A model generated the notes under the pieces. That model saw only the letters and a program-made list of their open reading frames with translations, made no database searches and was not told the DNA's origin. The translations under genes and the position numbers were made by a program. A stretch of 62,081 nucleotides of DNA, counting the filler, from Sphacelaria rigidula (lineage: Eukaryota), in assembly GCA_964200075.2 (NCBI GenBank). It is 6 parts of 6 records of this genome, joined end to end, with 100 filler letters (N's around TTAATTAATTAA, not from the genome) between each part and the next. Parts side by side here need not be neighbours in the genome. Positions count along the whole stretch, not along the records: positions 10,365 to 20,628 come from CAXNAA020006834.1; positions 20,729 to 30,992 come from CAXNAA020006835.1; 4 more parts are not named here. One strand, 5' to 3'. Below, piece by piece: positions 13,260-21,712 of the stretch (position 1 is its first letter; each line of letters starts with the position of its first letter).

Positions 13260-14021
13260 TATCCTTGCGTTCCCACCTCCTTGTTCTTGAGCTGTGGAGC
13301 GGATCTGCGCTGCTTATCGACCTCCTCGACAGTTCGCCACAGTTCCGCCATCTCACGAGCGACATCGTATACAAGTTTCGGTTGCTCTTTCCGCCCCCCA
13401 GTCATTTGCAGTTCGTTTCAGACTTTAGTTTTGAATTTCGGAGGGGTCAGGCCGGCAATCATGGCTCTAGTGATGATGTGTGCCGGGCCTGGTTTATAGG
13501 TACGGCCACTTTCGCGGAAAACACGTTCAGCACCCTCATTTTCCTTGAAATACTCTTGCAAGATTCTCTCTCCACTTTCCTTCCACTCGACGCAGGGCAG
13601 TTGAATCGAATCGTGCAGCAAGTGCCTCTTTTACACCGGCTACGGCCTCGGTTGAAGTCATTTCCATTCCTACCAAGCATTTCGCATGCCGTGCGATCCC
13701 TTCCCTGATTCAGGCGTTAGAGAGCTCTTTGCCATCAAAAATAGTGTCCGACAGACAATTTTGTACATGCCGAGGCACTAGCTCCTCCATGGTCAATAGT
13801 GCGCTCTTTACAGTTCGAGTCTTGTTTCGTCACAGAACAGCCTGTTCGTATTCCTTATATTTCTGCAGAAACCGTCGCGATGCTTGCTCACTGAACAAGC
13901 GCCCACACTCAGGCACCTTGAGTGATCCCCCCGCATTCCAATCCGTCACATTGATTTTCACCTCCTCGTCGTCCCCCTCCTTGTCAGAGGTAGACTGCTT
14001 GCTCACTTTCGTTCGCGCCAT
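13260..14021 (-). pseudogene. Gag-like protein, disrupted
   Basis: ORFs 13830-14021 and 13418-13621 plus read-through segments. It lies between the LTR and the protease and is homologous to ORF 15405-16382. Confidence 0.75.
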
Positions 14022-14150
14022 CTTTCAAACGCTTCCTGCACTCGTGCTCCGTCGTTTCTGCCCCCGTGTTATTCAACGAGTATCCTCGCTTTTTTTTCAG
14101 GGTTCAACGATGCCGTTCAGAACCCACAAGTTTCTTGAGCAAACGTTTAC

Positions 14151-14367
14151 TATAAACTTGTCTGGAATCAGAACAAGGTCTAAGTGCTTGCTCCCGAGGC
14201 TTCCTCCCCAGCAGGGCTTCAGAGACTCCAAGACAGAGCAGTTATACAAACAGTTGTCTTCATTAAACCGGAAGTAAGCTTCATGGGCTTTCCTTACGAA
14301 CACGATATGTTACGCATCAAATAATCATCCTCCAAACAATCAATCCAGGATCCACCACATATCTACA
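14151..14367 (-). repeat. 5' LTR of the minus-strand Gypsy relic (LTR-B related)
   Basis: Termini read TATAAAC...ATCTACA on + (degenerate TGTARAC...GTYTACA). Shares GAATCAGAACAAGGTC...GCTCC(C)GAGGCTTC with the LTR-B copies. Confidence 0.75.
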
Positions 14368-14523
14368 TGTTGCATGTATACTTAAGATGGACTACTCTTC
14401 AGGCTTAAGAATTTGAAAATCGTTGACGTTTGAGATTTTTTGCCGGTTTGGAGTCAGAAAACTTGTTTGAGGCACTAGTTTGAGACTTGGGCGTCAGCTA
14501 TCGCTCCCTGATTCGGAGTGGTG

Positions 14524-14666
14524 TGTGAACCTGCCTAGAATCAGAACAAGGTCACAGTACTGCTCCAGAGGCTTCCTCCCTGTCCCGGGCTCCAGAGACT
14601 TCAAGACTCAAGCAGCTACACAAACAGCATGTCTTAGTTAACCGGAACTGACCTTGTACCTCGTAT
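14524..14666 (-). repeat. LTR-B copy interrupted by insertion (resumes at about 19256-19277)
   Basis: Matches the reverse complement of 19851-20135. The match continues (GCAAACATCATACATCACGGAG) directly after the inserted element. Confidence 0.8.
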
Positions 14667-14921
14667 TGTAGACCTAGCTACCATTGTTACCAAAGGTCAG
14701 GGACTTTGTAGGTGGAGTTGCGGGTCTGATTGCCGGGCTCTGTGATGGTGACCTCCGTGACGAGTAGAGCCGGTTTTGCTACTCCGGTGGAAAGAGGCTA
14801 TGGTCCTGTTCTCCTGTACTATGCTGAGGGTTAATGCATGAATAACTAAAGCTGCTGAAGTCCATGTGCGTGATGGGAGGAGTCCACATGGTAATTTGAT
14901 CTTGAGTAACAGAAGTCTACA
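14667..14921 (+). repeat. 5' LTR (LTR-A)
   Basis: Direct repeat of 18994-19251, roughly 90% identical by eye, with a 7-bp terminal inverted repeat. Confidence 0.93.
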
Positions 14922-15404
14922 ATGAACATTCATTAAGTCCGCTGATGGCGGTAGATCCGCTGAAAAGCAGCTAACACTTCAAGATAGAGAAGTCTGCAGG
15001 CCTGATCAGTTTGCAGCAAAGAAGACCAGCGCAAGGCGTGTTAACGTCGCGAGGAGTTGGAGAAGTAGAGCCGAGGAGGTTCTGAGACAGTGCTAGGGTG
15101 GGCTGTGGTATTGCTCGTGCGAGAGGTGCGGGGGTTGACCGACAGCTGGCGAGCCCGTGCGCATTCCAGAAAAAGGGGCGCAATTACCGTACTGCCTAGT
15201 GGAGCCAGCGAGGGTTGCGTGTTCCACGCTTGGCCAGGTACGGCCAGGAAGAGGAGTCTAAGGACTTCAAATACGTGGTGCGACCTGCGTGAGGACGAGG
15301 CGCTGTGGCCATTGTTGTTGTAAGGTGGTACAGCGCGTCTCGGTGTAAGGAGAGGGTTGTTCTTCCTGTGAGCGTGAAGCAATTTCGTTTATGAAAAAGG
15401 CGGT

Positions 15405-16382
15405 GTGGAGTGCTGTATGCTGACCGAAATGAATCAGGCGCAGGAATATGTCATCGTCGATGGTCGTGTTGTTCCTGCACTGGCGCTGGAGATGCCGTAC
15501 TACGGCCGCAAGTTTTCGAGCGAGGAATCGGCCGAGTTTCTACGCAAATACGAGCAATATTTGCGACATGTAGATCAGGTGAACGCCCGGTGGACAAACC
15601 TCTTTGAGGTGGCAGCAGTTTCTGAGCTCATGCCGAAACATCTTGTGAAATGTCTGTGTGACACGTTCTTGAAGCATGATTATGATGTTGAGGATGAGCA
15701 GTTGCTTCTCGCGTTGCGGAAGCATGCGCCGTCCGGTGGGACGCATTGCACTGTGAAGGGCGAGAAGCATGTGTCTGCCCGAGGGGACAGGCCCGACAGT
15801 GCACCCGCCGAACGTGCAGTAGGTGCTGCGCGTTTGAAACAACGATACAGGGCAGCTGCTTGCACTGTGAAAGCCAAGAAGCATGTGTCTGCCCGAGGGG
15901 ATAGGCGCGATCGTGCACCCGCTGAACGTAGAGTTGGTAGGGCGCGTCTTGAACCACGATACAGGGCAGCTGTTTTCACTGTGCAGAGCGGGAAGGAGAC
16001 AAAGCACGTGTCTGTCGAAGCGGGGAGGCATGAGAACACGCCCCTTGAAAGTACCACGGTAAGCATTGGTTTGGACGATGTTGGTATTGCTGCTAGAGAG
16101 AACGAACATGCCAAGCAGCTAGAGCGGACTGCAGGCAGCTCACCTGCCGCTGTTGCAGTTCAGGAGTGCGCTGAGCAAAAAGTGGCGGCTGTAGCGAGTA
16201 TGGGTGATCCTGCTGCTGCTGTTGGCGATGTTGAGAGGGCGGGGCCTACATGGGTCAATGAGCAAGTACTGGTGGGCGGAGGTCCCAATTGCTTGTTGCC
16301 GCCGGACCAGCGCGTAGCTGGAGATACTCCTTGCATGCCCAAAGCTGCAGGGGGGTGTTATTCGCGTATGGCGAGCGAGTAG
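15405..16382 (+). CDS. Gag-like N-terminal domain fused to 38-aa and 70-aa repeats (325-aa ORF; later repeats broken)
   Basis: LEMPYYGRKFSSEESAEFLRKYEQY...SELMPKHLVKCLCDTFL...LRKHA aligns with the neighbouring gag LKVPECGRLFSEQASRRFLQKYKEY...EELVPRHVQNCLSDTIF...IARHA. ATG candidates are 15417 and 15429. Confidence 0.7.
   Translation: MECCMLTEMNQAQEYVIVDGRVVPALALEMPYYGRKFSSEESAEFLRKYEQYLRHVDQVNARWTNLFEVAAVSELMPKHLVKCLCDTFLKHDYDVEDEQLLLALRKHAPSGGTHCTVKGEKHVSARGDRPDSAPAERAVGAARLKQRYRAAACTVKAKKHVSARGDRRDRAPAERRVGRARLEPRYRAAVFTVQSGKETKHVSVEAGRHENTPLESTTVSIGLDDVGIAARENEHAKQLERTAGSSPAAVAVQECAEQKVAAVASMGDPAAAVGDVERAGPTWVNEQVLVGGGPNCLLPPDQRVAGDTPCMPKAAGGCYSRMASE
15747..16030 (+). repeat. 114-bp in-frame tandem repeat (about 2.4 copies)
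   Basis: TGCACTGTGAA...AAGCATGTGTCTGCCCGAGGGGA starts at 15747 and 15861, with a partial copy at about 15975. It encodes CTVKxxKHVSARGDR...RYRAA. Confidence 0.85.
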
Positions 16383-17181
16383 GGTGGGCTAGGAGCTTGC
16401 CGTGCTCATGGTGAATATATCTGCGCCAGTGACAGGGCGGGAGATCGTTCAGATGATTCGCAGGGGTGTCTGCTTGAAGGATAGGTGGATGCCGAGTTGG
16501 CGGAATTGCCGCCGGACCAGCGCGTAGCTGGAGATACTCCTTGCATGCTCGAAGCTGCAGGGGGTGTTATTCGCGTATGGCGAGCGAGTAGGGTGAGCTT
16601 TGGGCTGGCCGTGCTCATGGTGAATATATCTGCGCCAGTGACAGGGCGGGAGATCGTTCAGATGATTCGCAGGGGTGTCTGCTTGAAGGACAGGTGGATG
16701 CCGAGTTGGCGGAATTGCCGCCGGACCAGCGCGTAGCTGTGGACACGCCTTGCATGCTCGAAGCTGCAGGGGGGTGTTATTCGCGTATGGCGAGCGAGCA
16801 GGGTGGGCTAGGAGCTTGCCGTGCTCATGGTGAATATATCTGCGCCAGTGACAGGGCGGGAGATCGTTCAGATGATACGCAGGGGTGTCTGCTTGAAGGA
16901 TAGGTGGATGCCGAGTTGGCGGAATTGCCGCCGGATCAGCGCGTAGCTGTGGACACGCCTTGTATGCTCGAAGCTGCAGGGGGTGTTATTCGCGTATGGC
17001 GAGCGAGCAGGGTGGGCTTGGGGCTGGCCGTGCTCATGGTGAATATATCTGCGCCAGTGACAGGGCGGGAGATCGTTCAGATGATACGCAGGGGTGTCTG
17101 CTTGAAGGGCAGGTGGATGCCGAGTTGGCGGAATTGCCGCCGGACCAGCGCGTAGCTGTGGACACGCCTTGCATGATCGAA
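16296..17181 (+). repeat. 209/210-bp tandem array (about 4.2 units)
   Basis: TTGCCGCCGGAYCAGCGCGTAGCTG starts at 16296, 16506, 16715, 16925 and 17134. Confidence 0.95.
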
Positions 17182-18993
17182 ACAATAGGGGCGTGTGACC
17201 CGCGTGAAGCGGGTACGCAGAGCGAGCTGCAAGCTCGTGATGCTGTTAGCGATCACTATTCTGACGGCGACGACGAGTGTTGCGTGGTGTCGGGGTGGTC
17301 GTATGTATTGCTGCACGCAAGGACAGGTTTGGCGTATTTGGAGGCGTTGACTGCGGTGTCTTTGCCGCTGTACGGTTAGGTACTGGAGAAGGATGGCGTG
17401 ATGCCATCGGGAGGTGTTGCTGTGCGGGACTCTATGGATGTTCCCGTTTTGCCTCTTGTTTCCTCGAGAAAAGCGAGTGAAGCGAGCGTTCGTGAATGCG
17501 CAAGCATCTGTGGGGGCGGAGGATTTATCGCATCGGTTTGGCGGTGCGAATATACCTTTTAGAGGCGTGTTGAGCTACACCATGAGGGTGCAAGGAGGGA
17601 GTGTCCGAGAGGAAAGGATGCTCTCCGCTGTGCACTGGGTTGTGGTTCGAGTGCTGCTGTTTCTCAGGAGCGGGCTGGAGGACTACAAAGAAGGCAGTAC
17701 CTGAGGTGTCTGCTGTTGTCGTGAGCGCCGAGTTGGGTACTGATGTTGAGGAGCAAGTGCTGTGGTGATTAAGTGCTTGTTGAGAATGAGAATATACCTC
17801 ATGACTGGTAGTCGCGAATCATTTTGAGAACAATTGCAGCTTGTCATTGTGTGGTTTGTGGTCATGTTTGCGCATGAAACATGGTTGTTGAGCGAGTATG
17901 ATCGTATCGCGTGTGCAGGGTAAAACTCTGGCGCACAGGTAGATATTTGGCATGTGTGTGTGGTGCTGATGTGGTTGGCACGGACGATGCATGGTGTTTG
18001 CTGCGAGCAAGGTGGCATTGCATGTGCTGAGTGAAGTATTGACATGCATGTGCGGATCTTCATATGCAGAGTGAAAATTCGGCAGGCATGTGCGAATTTC
18101 TGCTCGAATGGTACTGATATGAATGGTATTTGGTGACGACCTAGGGTTGGGCAGTTTTCAATATACTGCTGTATGCTAATTGAAGTGAAGCTCGTATTAT
18201 CTTGTTCGCGCAGGAACACAGTCGAACCATATTTGTGCAGTTTGCACGTGCTGACTGCAGGATATATGGATTGCGGCTGTTAGCGTGAAAATGAGCTGAA
18301 ATATACGAAATGCCTAGGCCTGTTGCCGTTGTTGGATTGGTATACATGGCTTGAAAAGCGATTTGAGCCATGGCTTTCCCTTGATTGTCTTTATGAAATG
18401 AAGGCAAGTTGAAGCATTGAAGCTTTGACGGCGGGGAGGCATGCGATGCATACGTGTTTTACGGGGTTGCAGAAGCAAGAGGCCAGGTGCGTATTAGACG
18501 TGTTGGGTGCTTATTTCCTTCTAGCGTGAGGGCGATGTATCATTTGCCTGTTGCACTCCGTTGCGCAGGTGTTGAACGTACAAAAAGTGCATTTTGTATG
18601 TTGAGAAGTACCTCGTCTCGGACGAGAGGGACGATGAGTCACGAATGCTCTGGAATTTGACGTTTGCTGACTGTTCCGGTTTCGTGCCGATGAAGAGTCA
18701 AGAGACTTGTTTTGGGCATTGGGCAAAGATTTGAGAATTCGGCGCTAGCTTTCGCTTTGTAACTCGAAGTGGTGCAAGTAGCGTGATTACCTGTTCATGA
18801 TGGACGATATTTTCTTGGGATCTCTTGCGAGTTGTTCGGAAGAGGGGCAAGCTTGTATGGAGCTGTTGTCGAAAGCAGCGGACAAGATTGCTATTCTTTG
18901 CGGAGAACGACGGTTCTATCAGGCACCAATGATGTCTGAGTTTGTCAAGCTCTGATGCAGCTACTTGTTGATAGTAGAAAGCTTTGGGGGTGC

Positions 18994-19251
18994 TGTAGAC
19001 TTCAGCTACCATTGTTACCTAAGGTAAGGGACTTTTTAGGTGGAGTTGCGGGTCTGATTGCCGGACTCTGTGATGGTGACCTCCATGACGAGTAGGCCCG
19101 GTTTTGCTACTCTGGTGCAGAGAGGCTATGGTCCTGTTCTCCTGTACTATGCTGAGGGTTAATGCATGAATAACTAAAGCTGCCGAAGTCTTTGTGCCCG
19201 TGATGGGAGGAGTCCACATGGCAATCTGATCTTGAGTGACAGAAGTCTACA
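18994..19251 (+). repeat. 3' LTR (LTR-A)
   Basis: Preceded by the PPT-like tract and followed by the TSD. Confidence 0.93.
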
Positions 19252-19429
19252 GTATGCAAACATCATACATCACGGAGTTGACCGTCCATTCGCGTGGCCT
19301 GCGCCTCTCTCTCCGCCGCTTTCTCCTCCCCCTGTTATTCAACGTGAGTGTCCTCACGTTCTACAAACGGTCGGGTGCGACGTCAAAAACCTAATCCAGA
19401 AATAACAAGTTTCCTTAATAAACGTTTAT

Positions 19430-19633
19430 TGTAAACCAGTCTGGAATCAGAACAAGGTCACAGCGCTGCTCCAGAGGCTTCGTCCCTGTCACGACAAACA
19501 TCATACATCCCGGAGTCCACCGATCATACTCTCAGACCCGTTATCCATCAACTAGACTATAAACACCTGCTATGCAATTTCTCCACTGCAGCCATGTACC
19601 GAATCAAGGTAATAATTCTGCCCGCAGTTTACA
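19430..19633 (-). repeat. LTR-B copy with internal deletion; 5' leader adjacent (about 19330-19429)
   Basis: Termini TGTAAAC...GTTTACA. The flank ACAAGTTTC..AAACGTTTA matches 14126-14150. Confidence 0.8.
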
Positions 19634-19850
19634 GGTGCAAGTAACGTGATTTTGTGTTAATGATGGACGTTTTGGATCTCTTGCCAGATGTTCTGAAATT
19701 GGACAAGCTTGTATGGCTGCTGCCATCGTATACTGCGATAGGGATTGCAATTCTCGGTGGAAATTGATGGTAGACCTTGGCAATAATGATGTCTGAGTTT
19801 ATGAAGCTAGACTGACTAATATGTTGGTAGTAAGCGAGCTTTGGGGGTGC

Positions 19851-20135
19851 TGTAGACTCCGGGCAATATTGTTACCGTGGTTAGGTACATGACTCCAGTG
19901 AAGAAAATGCATAGCAAGCGTTTATAGGCTGGTTGATGAATAACGGGCCTGAGAGCATGATCGATGGACTCCGTGATGTATGATGTTTACACACAAGGTG
20001 CGCCGGTCACTTCTAGTTTTAACAAAGACTGCTGTGTGTATGACTGCTTGAGTGTTGAAGTCTCTGGAGCCCGTGACAGGGAGAAAGCCTCTGGAGCAGC
20101 ACTGTGACCTTGTTCTGATTTCAGACAAGTCTACA
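19851..20135 (+). repeat. Full LTR-B preceded by PPT and 3' internal region
   Basis: GCTTTGGGGGTGC|TGTAGAC...GTCTACA. The upstream 19634-19850 resembles 18770-18993. Confidence 0.85.
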
Positions 20136-20628
20136 GGTAGGGATTGCCACTCTACGTGAAACCTGACGGTAGACTTCGGCAACAATGATGTTTGAGTTAA
20201 TCAAGCTCTAGGTTGACTACTTGTAGGTAGTAAGCGAGCTTTGGGGGTGTTGCAGACTCCGTGCAACATTGTTACCTTGATTCGGTACATGACTGCAGTG
20301 GAGAAAGTGCACAGCAGGCATTTATAGGCTGGTTGATGGATAACGAGTCTGAGAGTATGATCGGTGGACTCCGTGATATATGATGTATGCAACACGTGGT
20401 TAGTCATAGCTTTCTTTGCATCATGCTCATGAGTTGAGTGGTGCAATGAAGCTTTGAAGCTATCACGAAGAAGAGGTGTGCGATGTATACATTTTTACGG
20501 AGTTGAACAAGCAAGAGACCAGCTGCGTCCTAGACGTTGTAGGCTCTAGCCACCATTGTTACCTAAGGTTAGGGACACTGTGTAGGTGGAGTTGCGGGTC
20601 TGATTGCCGGACTCTGTGATGGGTGACC
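20136..20628 (+). repeat. Further fragments: PPT + partial LTR-B (20251-20390), internal piece, start of a third LTR-A (20538-20628)
   Basis: Direct matches to 19740-19990, 18410-18505 and 14667-14755. Confidence 0.8.
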
Positions 20629-20728
20629 NNNNNNNNNNNNNNNNNNNNNNNNNNNNNNNNNNNNNNNNNNNNTTAATTAATTAANNNNNNNNNNNNNNNN
20701 NNNNNNNNNNNNNNNNNNNNNNNNNNNN
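20629..20728. other. Artificial contig linker
   Basis: N44-TTAATTAATTAA-N44. Confidence 0.98.
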
Positions 20729-21011
20729 GTACGATTCGAATCAATTATGCTAAAACCAAGTAATTTCCAGACGAATCATTATTTGTCCGCCGCTTGAAAC
20801 AAAGCATTTTGCCGCTCACGGCCCCACGCTTCCAGCGACAGAAATCAGATACACCGAGCTTAACCCCTCGACCGCGAGGGTAGTCCATCTATATCATGAA
20901 TACCTTCTTCAAGTGAGATCGATGTCGATTCAAAAGATGATGTCCTCTCGCTGTCTAAGGGTCAACCCATCTGGCGGGAACCAAACCCACATTTTGTCGA
21001 TCTAATTGTGT

Positions 21012-21193
21012 CAATTTTGCACACCCTGGACAGTATATGGTCGATAGATGCAACACACGGAAAATGTACTGTGTAAAGTATACGCCTATCGCAACTATTG
21101 TCGACCGTTGCAATAGGCGTATACTTTACACAGCACATTTTCCGTCTATTACGTCTCTTGACCATATAATATTGTTCAGGGCGTGCAATTTTG
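21012..21193. repeat. ~180-bp imperfect palindrome (MITE/hairpin-like)
   Basis: Centred on GTCGAC at 21100-21105. TGTGTAAAGTATACGCCTAT pairs with ATAGGCGTATACTTTACACA. Confidence 0.85.
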
Positions 21194-21647
21194 CCATGAG
21201 ACCACCTGGGCGCGGCGGCTGCCTGCGGATGGTAGATTACCGTGAGGAGTGTGCTGCTTGAGCACAGGCAAAAATTCTGTCAACTGGGTCGCACATGTCA
21301 TTGTGCAGTACGCTAGTACGCAGTTGGACGAAAGCGGCTCTTGCACCCCAGCTTGGTCATCGCACGCCATGAAAAAGTTGATCCGCGTCACCGCGGTTGT
21401 CCTACGACCACTGTCGCTACGATTCGCGTCATTCTCGGAGACGGAATAGGCTTGAATATTACTGAAATATTTGAAAATTCTGAAAAAGCCGGCACGCGTC
21501 AACAGGACTAGCAGCACGCTGCCTACTGTTCATGCCATGTCCCGAGACTTGGGGTATACCTTGTTGACGGTGCGACATGCGAAAGAGCTGAATTTAATCG
21601 TCGACGTGCGTGGTGCGCTGTGGTTCGTGAGCTACGGGCACAAAAAA

Positions 21648-21712
21648 CACCACCACCACCACCACCACCAACAACAACAACAACGACGACGACGACGACG
21701 ACGACGACAGCA
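21648..21712 (+). repeat. Compound microsatellite (CAC)n(CAA)n(CGA)n
   Basis: Read directly from the sequence. Confidence 0.95.

Larger units (their letters stand above)
11572..14367 (-). mobile_element. Decayed Ty3/Gypsy-type LTR retrotransposon (5' LTR, gag, protease, N-terminal RT; 3' half missing)
   Basis: The LTR spans 14151-14367 (minus strand TGTAGAT...). gag starts at ATG 14021 (MARTK...VPECGRLFSEQASRRFLQKYKEY). The aspartic protease motif is AVLDSLAG. RT segments are WASVVMTAPK..YRLVSDHGAVN, KLYMLQG/YWQMPL (frameshift), FTIATPDGLFTPTRVPQGVLNA and GLDCKV. Several stops and frameshifts. The order PR-RT without an intervening integrase fits Ty3/Gypsy. Confidence 0.88.
14667..19251 (+). 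mobile_element. Complete non-autonomous LTR retroelement (gag-like only) with 4-bp TSD GTAT
   Basis: LTR-A copies at 14667-14921 and 18994-19251 both run TGTAGAC...GTCTACA. GTAT flanks the element at 14663-14666 and 19252-19255. A G-rich PPT-like GCTTTGGGGGTGC precedes the 3' LTR. There is a Gag-like ORF but no recognisable PR, RT, RNase H or integrase. Confidence 0.92.
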
